Virus record (IMG/VR): IMGVR_UViG_3300009703_000012
Coordinates: 1-64,000 of that record
From: an uncultured virus (IMG/VR IMGVR_UViG_3300009703_000012)
Lineage: Duplodnaviria > Heunggongvirae > Uroviricota > Caudoviricetes
Strand: one strand, 5' to 3'
DNA length: 64,000 bases
Under the pieces are notes generated by a model that worked only from the letters and a program-made list of their open reading frames with translations, was not told the origin of the DNA and did no database searches. Shown in pieces: positions 38,166 to 49,000 of this stretch (position 1 is the first letter of the stretch; the number at the start of each line of letters is the position of its first letter). Position numbers and translations under genes: made by a program.

Positions 38166-38877
38166 CAGGCATAATAACAGGTTGACTAGGATCTAACGCA
38201 AATTGCTTGTTTTCTTCATTTAAAGGAGTTTCTTGCTGTACATCATTTTGAGGAGCTTGTTGCTGTGATTGTTGTGGTTTTGGTCTAGGAGAAACTCCAA
38301 TACCCAATTCTGTATCAATAAAGCCTGTAACCTCATCCATTGCCTCATCAAGAGATTTAGTATCTTGTTCTTTTCTTTCTTTATCAATAAATTTAATATA
38401 TTCTTTTGGATTTCCTTCTGCTTTAATCAAAGTCTCTTTACATTGATTATCACAGTATTTGTGAAATTCAGAAGCAAATTGACAATTACAAAGCATTCCT
38501 TTTACATATTCTATTTCATTACCATCTTTGTCTGTAGTTACAGGATTAGATTCATGATTATCCATCATTTCTAATTCCTTTAATGTTTCATCTACTAATC
38601 CCTGTACCTTATTTTCTTGCTCTATATCTTTCTGAAAATTTTGAGGAACGGTTCCTGGAGGAGAAGCCCCACTTACTCTTATTTGATTGTTCGCTCCACT
38701 AGACTCTCCTTTAGCATCTGCTGACAACATACCTAAACCCAAGTCAATTGCTTTTAATAATACATGACCTATATGGCGTGTTTTTTCATTATCTAATAAT
38801 GGAACTAATGCTTGTATTGCTTCATTAGCGTGTTTTTTAATCAATTCATGTTCTTCAGCCATAATATCTCCTAACAA
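38131..38877 (-). CDS. Hypothetical acidic protein with a CNCQF...C...C cluster
   Basis: 248 aa ORF; likely start at MAEEHE behind AGGAG. Confidence 0.7.
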   Translation of the reverse strand: MLGDIMAEEHELIKKHANEAIQALVPLLDNEKTRHIGHVLLKAIDLGLGMLSADAKGESSGANNQIRVSGASPPGTVPQNFQKDIEQENKVQGLVDETLKELEMMDNHESNPVTTDKDGNEIEYVKGMLCNCQFASEFHKYCDNQCKETLIKAEGNPKEYIKFIDKERKEQDTKSLDEAMDEVTGFIDTELGIGVSPRPKPQQSQQQAPQNDVQQETPLNEENKQFALDPSQPVIMPGEPTGLENDSS

Positions 38878-40247
38878 GAAAGACTTTTTCCGTCTTCCGC
38901 AAATTTTGTTTCTTGTAAATGTTCTGTTCCAGATCCTTGACCAAAGGTATCAACTATACCTAAACGATCAAACATTGTTTTTGGTAACCCAGCTTTAGGT
39001 AATTCTCTTTCTATTTCGGGATCTGCATCTGGAAAATCAAAGAACTCTTCTCCAACTCTTACATTCACATTTTGAATTCTAGCAAGACCTTGTTGACTAT
39101 AATAAAATCTATGATCTTTCTTTTCTCCACATGAATTACACATATCACAAAATAAACTACACACAGGATAATTTATTAAATTTCTTCTCCATTTTTCTCT
39201 AAGCCAATCAATTTGTTCTTTTAATAACCATTTAATTTTTGCTTCATCTTCTGGCGTTTCGCCTTCTGCACACTTATTATCTAAAGATGTTACAACTCTA
39301 TCTGGTCCATATGTCGTTGCTATATGAAACATATCTTTTGCAAAACACATTACATTTGATCTATGAATAGTATATCTACATCTCCACCGTATTTGATCTT
39401 CACGGGATTTGTCTTTATTGTATTCCATAATATTACCAAAACATTTTAATACATCAAGAGTTGAATCTTTCCCAGAATAATAAACTCTATCTTGACTTCC
39501 AACTCCATCAAAACTAATATCAAAAGAAACTCTTTGTTTTATTTCAGGATGCTCTTCTAAATATGCGGTCACTTTTTTAAAAAAAGCAGGCTTACTTAAT
39601 AATATACCATTTGATGTTATATTAAAATGACAATTATGTTTTGATTTATAAGCATAATCCATTAAAAATCTACAATTCTCCCATTCCATCAAAGGTTCAC
39701 CACCAAAAATACAATAAAGAGTTTGTTCATCAGGTCTATCTGATTCCATAATATTATCGATAAGATTGGCTATTAAAGGAGGTTCGGGTAAATGTTTAGG
39801 TCTTCCTTCTAAATGCTGATAGCAATAATTACAATCTAAATTACATTGACTTGTCATATAAAATAAATGAATTGCACCACCATGTGCAACTCTTGTTTTT
39901 TCATTTTCTCCATGTGTAAAATGTCTATCATAAATTTCACTAACAGTTGCTTCTTCAGTTTTTATTTTTCCCTGTTTTAAATCTTCAATACGATGTCGAT
40001 GTCTATCTGTTGAAACAGATTCAAAATTTTCTTTTACTACTTCATTTAATTTTCTATTCGAAATTTCTCTAATTTTTGAATCTGGATTTTTTGCAAGACT
40101 CTGTTCCTGAATAGTTGCCAATTCATGAATCTTATGGGTTGTATATGGTTTGCATATACTCTCTCCATCATTCAATCCTCTTTCATAATCAATAATATCA
40201 TCCAATTTACTAAATTCTGGACAAATTTTATCTGAACGGGATCTCAT
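38871..40247 (-). CDS. Radical SAM protein with N-terminal extension and short Cys cluster
   Basis: CNLDCNYC, FGGEP, SNG, ISFDG; C-terminal CSLFCDMCNSC. Confidence 0.9.
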   Translation of the reverse strand: MRSRSDKICPEFSKLDDIIDYERGLNDGESICKPYTTHKIHELATIQEQSLAKNPDSKIREISNRKLNEVVKENFESVSTDRHRHRIEDLKQGKIKTEEATVSEIYDRHFTHGENEKTRVAHGGAIHLFYMTSQCNLDCNYCYQHLEGRPKHLPEPPLIANLIDNIMESDRPDEQTLYCIFGGEPLMEWENCRFLMDYAYKSKHNCHFNITSNGILLSKPAFFKKVTAYLEEHPEIKQRVSFDISFDGVGSQDRVYYSGKDSTLDVLKCFGNIMEYNKDKSREDQIRWRCRYTIHRSNVMCFAKDMFHIATTYGPDRVVTSLDNKCAEGETPEDEAKIKWLLKEQIDWLREKWRRNLINYPVCSLFCDMCNSCGEKKDHRFYYSQQGLARIQNVNVRVGEEFFDFPDADPEIERELPKAGLPKTMFDRLGIVDTFGQGSGTEHLQETKFAEDGKSLSC

Positions 40248-40507
40248 TTTTTTCTTTCCTTATATTTTTTAATTATGTAGGACATATTTCTCATTAATCC
40301 TGCAAAATCTAAATTATATTTAAATAATGGCTCATGACCTATTCCCTCTTCTCCGGATTCATATTCGAAACTTCTCTTGAGTAAATTTTTATCTCTAGCT
40401 TGAACTTTATCAGGAGTTTCTTCATCTTGCAATTGTTTTATTATTGCATTGATATCACCTTCACGGGCCGCCTTTTCTGAAATTTCTTTTCGTTCATCTT
40501 TATTCAT
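40244..40507 (-). CDS. Hypothetical protein
   Basis: 87 aa, overlaps both neighbours (coupled). Confidence 0.7.
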   Translation of the reverse strand: MNKDERKEISEKAAREGDINAIIKQLQDEETPDKVQARDKNLLKRSFEYESGEEGIGHEPLFKYNLDFAGLMRNMSYIIKKYKERKK

Positions 40508-41175
40508 TATGGCTCCGTAATAAGTGGTGCGGTTGGAAATGTATCATACACTTTTTTATATCTATAGAACTTTTCTAACCACTCTTTTCTCTGTTCATCT
40601 GTTGCTCTATCTACAAGATGCCAAACATTTCTATTTGCAGATATCCATTCTTCAGCACTTATATTTTTACCTGCGACAATTTCAGGATCATCACCATAAA
40701 ATTGTTCAAATATTATACAACCTTGTTCAACCGGACTAAGTAATTCCCAACTTAAAGTGCCTTCTTCTTCGTATGTAGATTTATTTAAGTCCCCCGTTAA
40801 TTCTTTAGTATCTTTAAAATCTATTACATTATTATGTAAATTCTTTGGAAGACTTGACATATAATCATATCTCAAATCTTGTGAATATAGAATTTTATCT
40901 ATTACATTTCTAAACATTTTTCTATTTAATTGTTTTTTAGATACTATAATTACATATTCATTTTTTCTTATTGCTCCACCCTCTATAGTTCTATATAAAA
41001 CTTCATTCATCACATCAACATTAATTTTTTGATCATAATCTAAAACAACCATTGTAGTATCTTTATGTTGATATACTGTTAAATCTTTTTTATCTAATAA
41101 TTGACCAGGAATATATTTTGGTGGTCCATCTCCTTGGTTAACTCTTGGATCTATTACAGGTTTATCAAATATCAT
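40507..41175 (-). CDS. Hypothetical protein in radical SAM cluster
   Basis: 222 aa, ATGA overlap with upstream radical SAM gene. Confidence 0.75.
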   Translation of the reverse strand: MIFDKPVIDPRVNQGDGPPKYIPGQLLDKKDLTVYQHKDTTMVVLDYDQKINVDVMNEVLYRTIEGGAIRKNEYVIIVSKKQLNRKMFRNVIDKILYSQDLRYDYMSSLPKNLHNNVIDFKDTKELTGDLNKSTYEEEGTLSWELLSPVEQGCIIFEQFYGDDPEIVAGKNISAEEWISANRNVWHLVDRATDEQRKEWLEKFYRYKKVYDTFPTAPLITEP

Positions 41176-42398
41176 GCTGGTAATGATTCCACAAATGATT
41201 GATGTTCACTATGTTTCATCTGTGAAACTTCTAGCATAGAAAATAAATCTTTCTTTTCCTCTATTTCAAAAGGAGTATAAAAGTCTCCTCGACCCTTAAA
41301 TAATTTTCCAATATAATCTTGAAATGTTGGAAAATCTTTACACTCTTCAACAATTCTTATTGCTTCATCATAGTACATATGAAATAATTCACAAATAGAA
41401 TCTACAGGTGTATTTCCATTTCTTATCTGCGAATATGTACAACCTGCATTACATACTTTATATAGATCACACCCCTTACATTTATTATATGTTTTAGGAT
41501 TAAAAATATGTTGAAAATATGAAAAATTATATTCATCTCCTTTCATAGGTAAAACTTTTTTAGATCCAAATCTAGCACATGGATAAAATTCTCCTTCTAC
41601 TGACATAACTGAACCGCTCACTCCTGCAAAACATCCAAATGGTCTCTTGTTTTTAGTAATACCCAATAACATATCTTGTAATGGTAAATTAAACATTCCA
41701 TTAACTGCTAAAATTCCTTTAGAAAGATATTCTATTTGTTTATCTGCTAATCTTCTAACCTCTCTTCTAAAATGTTGTAAATCATCAATAGACCAAATAT
41801 CATCTCTTACAATAGAAAAATCTGGACAAGGAATTCCAAAATCAACTAAAAATTCAAAATTTTCTGTCATTGCATCAACATTAGCAGGAAAAATCATCAC
41901 TTTACATGTCTTACTATATTTTGTCAGTCTTCTAATCAAATGCTGTTTTTCATTATACATTTCAAACACACTTGAATATCCTTTATTTTCTCCCATATTT
42001 TTAATTACAGGTCTAGACTCATTTGAAGATATTCCATCAAAACTCCAACTTATTCCTACTCGATTTTCTTCTAACCAATCAGCAATCTCATCATTTATTA
42101 ATGTCATATTTGAAATAATTGATAATGCATGAAGTCTATCAGAATGTTCGCCTCCTCTTAATTTTTTTGTAGCGTGTTTAATTAATGGCATATTTAAAAG
42201 AGGTTCACCACCAAAAAATGTTAAATGAAATCTTCCTCTAGCATCAGCCTTTGATCTATCTACTAACTTTATAAATTCAGGCCATGCTTTATCAAACACT
42301 TCAGGTGTCATAAATTTGTCTTGATTTGCAACATAACAATATGGACAACCAAGATTACATTTTTCTGTTACTGACACTTCTAAATGATATTCAGGCAT
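41172..42398 (-). CDS. Radical SAM/SPASM-domain protein (peptide-maturase type)
   Basis: CNLGCPYC, FFGGEP, SFDG; SPASM CFAG...YPC...CKGC....CNAGC...C. Confidence 0.93.
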   Translation of the reverse strand: MPEYHLEVSVTEKCNLGCPYCYVANQDKFMTPEVFDKAWPEFIKLVDRSKADARGRFHLTFFGGEPLLNMPLIKHATKKLRGGEHSDRLHALSIISNMTLINDEIADWLEENRVGISWSFDGISSNESRPVIKNMGENKGYSSVFEMYNEKQHLIRRLTKYSKTCKVMIFPANVDAMTENFEFLVDFGIPCPDFSIVRDDIWSIDDLQHFRREVRRLADKQIEYLSKGILAVNGMFNLPLQDMLLGITKNKRPFGCFAGVSGSVMSVEGEFYPCARFGSKKVLPMKGDEYNFSYFQHIFNPKTYNKCKGCDLYKVCNAGCTYSQIRNGNTPVDSICELFHMYYDEAIRIVEECKDFPTFQDYIGKLFKGRGDFYTPFEIEEKKDLFSMLEVSQMKHSEHQSFVESLPA

Positions 42399-42606
42399 AT
42401 TGTAATTCCTTCCAAGGATCTCTACCAGATTGTTTTCTTTGTTGCTCAGTTAATTGATCTTTAAATTTCATATGAAAATTAATTTTAATAGGTTCTTCTT
42501 GACAATTACCAAATTCCACTCTATCTTCCCCACTATAAATTTTACTACAAGTTGTACATCCATCAGAAAGTGCTATTGGGCACTTTTTAGGATCACCTAT
42601 TATCAT
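42391..42606 (-). CDS. Small four-Cys protein
   Basis: CPIALSDGCTTC...C; coupled between two radical SAM genes. Confidence 0.65.
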   Translation of the reverse strand: MIIGDPKKCPIALSDGCTTCSKIYSGEDRVEFGNCQEEPIKINFHMKFKDQLTEQQRKQSGRDPWKELQYA

Positions 42607-43889
42607 AATTGATGTCCTGTTAATTGTCTATATGCTTTAGATACGGGTTCTAAGGTTTTCCATACAGTACATAATTGATGATTTGCAGTATGATCTTGCC
42701 ATTTTTCACCTACTGTTTTTTCTGGATATTTTGTATCTGATGCATCAAAAGATCCCGCTGGACATTTTAAACAAAAATCTGCAGTACAACTATTACATGC
42801 TAAGGTACCATCTGTTCTAAAATCATTTAAATATGATTGATATGTCGCAGTTGTTTCATCAACAAGTTTTTGTAAAGTATTAGATTTAATATCTCCTCTA
42901 TGATGATCTTCCCTTTGTCGATACATACAACCATGACATGGGTAAGTTTTACCATCAAGATCCAATGATAGATAATTTATTCCTGCTGAACAATTTTGTT
43001 TTTCTCTCTTAAACCATCTAAAAGATTGTGCTAATTCTATTTTATTCTCCATGCTATATTTGACAATTTTCATTAAATTCACTCTTAAATCTTTCATGTG
43101 TTGTGCAAATTCTTCTTCTGGAACTGCGCCATCAGGTCTATCTGGATCCACACTATGGGTATCAGGAGTAGGTCCATAATGTTCTCCTCGATCATGATGC
43201 CACTTCCAAACTTCAAAAAGATATTTAAAATTTCGTGATGAGATAGTAGGTTTCATTCCTACAGAAAATCCATCTTTTTTCAACTCATCATATATTTTAA
43301 GAACAGATGCCGATAATTTTTTACTTTCGCCTTTTTTTGTTCTTCTTTCTTTTGTATTAATAGGCTCACCATCAAAAGAAATTTGTATATGTAATCTATC
43401 TTGCCAAGGATAATCAATTCTCTTACCAAGCATATCTCTAATACCTTTAAGTTGTTTTTTATATTTTTTCAGATAAGTACCATTTGTATAATACATGAAA
43501 TTAACTTTTTTATCATCTTTCAATAATTTCATACAAGTACTTGTAAAATGAAAATTGGCAAAAGGTTCTCCTCCCCACCAATAAACATTTACATCTTTAT
43601 ATTTGTTATAATCTAAGGTTCTTACTGCTTCAACTACTTGCACAGGAGTCATTTCTGTGGGCTCTTGAAAAGCAGAAGAAAGACCACAAGATTCTCCTTC
43701 TGAACAGTAAGTACAAGCAAGATTACATTCACTTGTTACGTTTACATCGAAATTAAAACTCTGCATTGGATTAAAGCCAGGCATTCCTCCATTATTCTTC
43801 TGTTGCTGTTGTGGAGGAGACCACCCTGTACTTGGTGGTGTATACATTTGATTTGGAGCTACAGTTTCTAAGTTGTGTGATTGAGTCAT
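42603..43889 (-). CDS. Radical SAM/SPASM-domain protein
   Basis: CNLACTYC, WGGEP, TNG, ISFDG; CSAG...YPCHGC...CNSC....CLKC...C. Confidence 0.93.
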   Translation of the reverse strand: MTQSHNLETVAPNQMYTPPSTGWSPPQQQQKNNGGMPGFNPMQSFNFDVNVTSECNLACTYCSEGESCGLSSAFQEPTEMTPVQVVEAVRTLDYNKYKDVNVYWWGGEPFANFHFTSTCMKLLKDDKKVNFMYYTNGTYLKKYKKQLKGIRDMLGKRIDYPWQDRLHIQISFDGEPINTKERRTKKGESKKLSASVLKIYDELKKDGFSVGMKPTISSRNFKYLFEVWKWHHDRGEHYGPTPDTHSVDPDRPDGAVPEEEFAQHMKDLRVNLMKIVKYSMENKIELAQSFRWFKREKQNCSAGINYLSLDLDGKTYPCHGCMYRQREDHHRGDIKSNTLQKLVDETTATYQSYLNDFRTDGTLACNSCTADFCLKCPAGSFDASDTKYPEKTVGEKWQDHTANHQLCTVWKTLEPVSKAYRQLTGHQL

Positions 43890-43898
43890 ATTATTTCT

Positions 43899-44492
43899 CT
43901 ATTTTGGACCGAAGTTACAGTTACACGGACAGAAGTTACAATTACAAGGGCAAAAGTTACAGTTGCAAGGACAGAAATTACAGTTACAAGGACAGAAATT
44001 ACAGTTACATGGACAAAAATTGCAATTACATGGGCAAAAGTTACAATTACACGGACAAAAATTACAGTTACAAGGACAAAAGTCACAATTACATGGGCAG
44101 AAATCACAGTTACAAGGACAAAAGTCACAATTACATGGACAGAAATTACAATTGCATACGCATAAAACTTTCCATTCATCAAGATTAGATTCTAACGTTT
44201 CAATTTGAGATGCTAAAATTAGATCACCTGCAGAAACAGTTGGTTGAATTGGTACACCTGTTGTTGGTGTAGTTCCTCCTAAATTATATTCAACTGCGAG
44301 TTGTATTTCATCAAATATTGATGCGGCGATTGGATCGGCATAAGGATCCCAAGTTTCATTAGTTATGGATCTTCTAGTCAATTCATCATTGATAGAAGTT
44401 CTCATTGTATTAATATCAGACTGCTCAACTAAATCATTTAATTGAGAAGCAAGATTAGTCAAATTTGTAGGACATGCTAAGGGTCCAGCCAT
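43899..44492 (-). CDS. Cys-rich repeat protein, candidate radical SAM substrate
   Basis: ~110 aa acidic N-terminal part followed by 12 heptads CxCNC(N/D)F; directly upstream of the radical SAM genes. Confidence 0.85.
   Translation of the reverse strand: MAGPLACPTNLTNLASQLNDLVEQSDINTMRTSINDELTRRSITNETWDPYADPIAASIFDEIQLAVEYNLGGTTPTTGVPIQPTVSAGDLILASQIETLESNLDEWKVLCVCNCNFCPCNCDFCPCNCDFCPCNCDFCPCNCNFCPCNCNFCPCNCNFCPCNCNFCPCNCNFCPCNCNFCPCNCNFCPCNCNFGPK
43911..44162 (-). repeat. Coding tandem repeat, 12 x 21 bp
   Basis: 1x CVCNCNF, 3x CPCNCDF, 8x CPCNCNF; all 12 DNA units differ from each other. Confidence 0.95.
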
Positions 44493-44499
44493 ATAATTC

Positions 44500-44904
44500 C
44501 TAAGATTTCAATCGTACATGCACAGGAGTTGTATTTGACACTTCTGTATATGAAATATTATTATTGTCTAATATAGTTATTACATCATGATATATTGAAT
44601 TATTAAATTCAAAATGCCAATAATGTGCTTCGCCCCATTGTCCTCCGCAAGATACATATTTGGGAATCGAATAATTATTACTCGTAAGAGTTAAATCTAA
44701 TTTATGTGAATTATCCGATTTGGGTTCTACCCAACCAGTCAAATGATCAGAAAATATTCTAATATGATCAAAAAAAGTCATATCAGGAACAGGTTCAATA
44801 TCACTTGTAATAACAAACGCATTATTTGCTACACTTAAATTTACTATTATTTCTAGTTTATTTTCAGGATCTAAGGGCATATTCCATCCCAAAAATCTCT
44901 CCAC
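44500..44904 (-). CDS. Hypothetical protein
   Basis: 134 aa packed ORF; start uncertain. Confidence 0.65.
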   Translation of the reverse strand: MERFLGWNMPLDPENKLEIIVNLSVANNAFVITSDIEPVPDMTFFDHIRIFSDHLTGWVEPKSDNSHKLDLTLTSNNYSIPKYVSCGGQWGEAHYWHFEFNNSIYHDVITILDNNNISYTEVSNTTPVHVRLKS

Positions 44905-45455
44905 ACAATTTCATCATTATTATCTCCTAAATTGTTAGGCCTACAATACATACCATTTATATGTATTGTTGGATTATAATGAATCTTTGTCCACCATAAT
45001 AATCTAGGTTCAAATTCATTATCATATTTATATCCATCCCAAGTAAATGAACTACCTGTCATATTATCAATAAAATAACCATTGCCTAAATGAACACATG
45101 CATTAATTTGAGTTCCTAATTTTTTAAGTAATCTAGAATTCTCACCATGAAGATATAATGCACTAGATCCACGCATAGATTCAGTTAAATCATTTGCACT
45201 TGTAAAAGGAATTATTTCTGATCCTGTCAAATTAATTATATCGTGCTTTAATGATCTCATATCAACATATTTTTCCCCAACAGAAAAGTCTAATTTTTCA
45301 GTTAAATTATTATCTGGAAATAATTGCATAGAAACTTCACCTAGAAACATACCAGCTCCTATAGCATTTGCTGAAATATTCGGAGAATACAATGTTCTTT
45401 CAATTGTTTTTACCCAAGCCTTTTTAAAAACACGCATTCTTTCAGTTTGAGTCAT
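44871..45455 (-). CDS. Hypothetical protein
   Basis: 194 aa, ATGA overlap with upstream gene. Confidence 0.7.
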   Translation of the reverse strand: MTQTERMRVFKKAWVKTIERTLYSPNISANAIGAGMFLGEVSMQLFPDNNLTEKLDFSVGEKYVDMRSLKHDIINLTGSEIIPFTSANDLTESMRGSSALYLHGENSRLLKKLGTQINACVHLGNGYFIDNMTGSSFTWDGYKYDNEFEPRLLWWTKIHYNPTIHINGMYCRPNNLGDNNDEIVWRDFWDGICP

Positions 45456-45994
45456 AATGATATTCCTTTATTCGCACAATAATTATGAATTGAACTCAAT
45501 AATTCAGATAAAATCTTCCATTTATGATTAAGTAAAAAATCAGGATTTTTATTATTTTCTGTAACCCAATTTAAAGTTTCTTGATCTTCAGGCACGGGAT
45601 AATCATTATACAATTTTTTTATATAAGTTTCGAATGTGTCTTCTCCATATTTAACAGATAATGATTCAAAATCATTTAATATTCTTCCTCTAACAAAAAC
45701 GCTTGGATGAACAAAATCTGGACCTGGTTCACTAAATTCTTTTATTAAATTTTCTCTTTCTGGATCATCATCTTCTATACCTTGTGAAGTTATCACTCTA
45801 TATGCTTTATAGTGTTCATTAGTAACTACTGAAGACCAAAGTTCAATAAACATTAAATCTTCATCTTGTTCGCTTTCAAAATCTAAATCAGACCACCATG
45901 GTGAATCTGAAATTTTTCTATAACAGGCTCCTCTTTCTTCATTAAAAAGAGCATCTACATTTTTTGCATGTTCACCCTGTTGTTCACTAGACAT
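45452..45994 (-). CDS. Hypothetical acidic protein
   Basis: 180 aa packed ORF. Confidence 0.7.
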   Translation of the reverse strand: MSSEQQGEHAKNVDALFNEERGACYRKISDSPWWSDLDFESEQDEDLMFIELWSSVVTNEHYKAYRVITSQGIEDDDPERENLIKEFSEPGPDFVHPSVFVRGRILNDFESLSVKYGEDTFETYIKKLYNDYPVPEDQETLNWVTENNKNPDFLLNHKWKILSELLSSIHNYCANKGISL

Positions 45995-46011
45995 ATTGCT
46001 TTCTTTCTATA

Positions 46012-49000
46012 TCATACTTTTACTTCTACAAAATCACCATTACTATTAGTTAATGCTATTCCAATTAAATCATGTTTGTGTGGTTCATATTCATATTTAG
46101 TTATAACTTTTCCAGTTCCATCTTTATAAGCTATAATAAAATCTCCTTTATTACATCCTCCCTCAATCTTAACTAATATTCTTCCTTTCAAACAAATAAA
46201 AAGCATAAATTCATTTTCTCTTTGTATCATACCATCATTCATTCTCAATCCAGGTTTATCTGAAACAACACCAGCATAAGGCATGTCAACTTGATATAAT
46301 GTGACCTCTTTTGTTCCTCCTACTGCTAAAACAGTTCCTGGTTCATATATTTTATCTGATTCATATCTCTCGGCCAAGTCAGACCAGTTTGCTGAAGTTG
46401 CTCTTCCGTTAAATGTAACTGCATACATGTCATTATAAACCATTGTTGCTGAACCAACATCACTCGTATTATTTGCAGAAGGAAGAATATCTACTGTAGT
46501 TAAAGTCCCCCCTACTGTAGTTGCTCCATCAAGTCCAGATGTTCCATGTACTTTAAGATTAGCTAATCCAGTTGCACCACTTGAAGAGTAAATTGGAAAA
46601 TTCATGGCTATCTGAGTTGGAGTTGTAACATCATCTACAAGAAATCCAGAATACGCTCCAAGAGTAGATGATGTTGCATAATATTGAATTTGACCAGCAC
46701 CTCCTGCTGGAAGACTTCCAGAAACACCAGAAGTCCCTGCAGATCCAGCACTTCCTGCAGATCCAGATGAAGCATAAGTTAGTCCAGAAGTACCAGATGT
46801 TCCAGAAGATCCTTCTCCGTGTGTGAGACCAGCATATCCTGCTTGAGTAGTGGGAAAAATTATTTTTACAGTATTAGAATCAATATATTGAGTAGATTCT
46901 GGTATAATAACATTATAATTACCATCAACAACTTCGATATTTAAAGGTCTAGTATTTAAACCATGAGTTATCAACCAGACAAGTGCGGCTGAAGATTGAG
47001 TATGAATGTAAGCACCGCCAGCATTTCCATCAGTTCCATCTGTTCCAGATGTTCCAGCACTCCCTGCACTTCCTGCAGAACCAGAACTTCCTGCAGAACC
47101 AGACGATCCAGCACTTCCTGCAGAGCCAGCACTTCCTGTACTTCCTGCAGATCCAGATGATCCAGCACTTCCTGCAGAGCCAGCAGAACCAGAACTTCCT
47201 GCAGAACCAGACGATCCAGCAGTTCCAGTTTCTCCAGAAGAACCCGATGAACCAGATGAAGCATAAGTTAAACCAGACGATCCTGCAGAGCCAGCAGAAC
47301 CAGAACTTCCTGCAGAACCAGACGATCCAGCACTTCCAGCACTTCCAGCAGAGCCAGCACTCCCTGCAGAACCAGCACTTCCAGCAGAACCAGACGATCC
47401 AGATGAACCCGCAGAGCCAGTAGTTCCTGCAGTTCCAGAAGAACCAGATGAAGCATAAGTCAATCCAGATGAACCAGAAGTTCCAGACGATCCTTCACCA
47501 AAAGTAAGTGCCGCATATCCTGCTTGAGTAGTGGGAAAAATAACTTTTACAGTATTAGAATCAATAAATTGAATTGATTCTGGAATAATTATATTAAAAT
47601 TAGTATCAGTAATTTCTACATTTAGAGGTCTAATATTTAAAGCGTGACTTATTAACCAAACAAGTGCAGGTGTAGATTGAGTATGAAGAAAAGATCCGCC
47701 ATCACGACCAGATGATCCAGCACTTCCTGCAGAGCCAGCACTTCCAGCACTTCCAGCAGTACCTGCACTTCCTGCACTTCCTGCAGAACCCGCACTTCCT
47801 GCAGAGCCAGATGAGCCAGCACTTCCAGAACTTCCTGCAGAGCCAGCGGATCCAGCACTTCCTGCAGAGCCAGCAGATCCAGCACTTCCAGCAGAACCCG
47901 CAGAGCCAGCAGATCCAGAACTACCAGACGATCCAGAAGTTCCTGAGGTACCAACATCACCAGTTCTTGCAACTGTAAAAAGTATATCAGCATCATCAGC
48001 AAAAAATGCGTCTTGTCCACCAATCTTTGTAACTTCTATTTCTTGATAATCTCCTGCATTCGTAAGATCACCAACTGTAAACATTACATATTGACCAGCA
48101 TCAAATAGTGCGGCCAATCTTATATGACCTTTAATTGCTGAAGATGATGCATCAACTTGATCTAGAAAACTTTCAGTATCGGCACCATTTGAATCTGTTT
48201 CACTTATAGAAAGTCTATTAACTGTAGAGAAATCAGTTGGTGCAGATCCAGTATCAATACCTACTTCAAGTCTTCCAGAACCAGGATCACTTGCTGATCC
48301 TGTAAATGAAGTATCTTCAAAAACATATTGAAAAGATGCACCACCAAAGTTTCCATCTTGTCCAGACGATCCAGAAGTTCCTGAAGATCCAGAAGTTCCT
48401 GAAGATCCAGAAGTTCCAGACGATCCTTCACCAAAAGTTATTGCGGCAAATCCTGCTTGAGCAATGGGAAAAATTATTTTTACAGTATTAGAATCAACAT
48501 ATTGAGTGGATTCTGGTACAATAACATTATAATTAGTATCAACAACTTCTATATTTACAGGTCGAGTTCCTAAATTATAAGGTATTAACCAAACAATTGC
48601 AGGTGTAGATTGTGTATGAATGTAAGATCCACCATCACGACCGGATGATCCAGCACTCCCTGCAGAGCCAGCGGATCCAGCACTTCCTGTAGAGCCAGCA
48701 CTTCCTGCACTTCCAGCACTTCCTGAAGAACCAGCAGAACCAGATGAACCAGCACTTCCAGCACTTCCTGCAGAGCCAGCGGATCCAGCAGAACCAGCAC
48801 TTCCCGCAGAGCCAGATGATCCTGCAGAACCAGCACTTCCTGAAGAACCAGATGTTCCAGAAGTTCCAGTAGTTCCTGACGAACCAGATGATCCTGCAGA
48901 ACCAGCACTTCCCGCAGAGCCAGATGAACCAGATGAAGCATAAGTGTATCCAGAAGAGCCCGCAGAACCAGCAGAGCCAGCACTTCCTGCAGAGCCAGCA

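Noticed and set aside
43911..44162. 21-bp tandem repeat as a CRISPR array
   Set aside because: No unique spacers, variation almost only at codon third positions, no cas genes; it is a coding repeat.
43811..44208. Alternative-frame ORFs over the Cys repeat (VTVTRTE, QGQKLQL, VIVTF types)
   Set aside because: Shadows of a stop-free repeat; only the Cys frame keeps the peptide constant under the observed substitutions.
45025..45032. TATAAATA inside gene 44871..45455 as a late promoter for the rSAM module
   Set aside because: Within coding sequence, and an all-AT octamer is expected many times by chance in this genome; unsupported without TSS data.
27099..45994. Island as host chromosomal DNA or an integrative element
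   Set aside because: No integrase, transposase or att-like repeats seen; same strand, packing and AT-richness as phage core genes on both sides. Read mapping is still needed to exclude a chimera.
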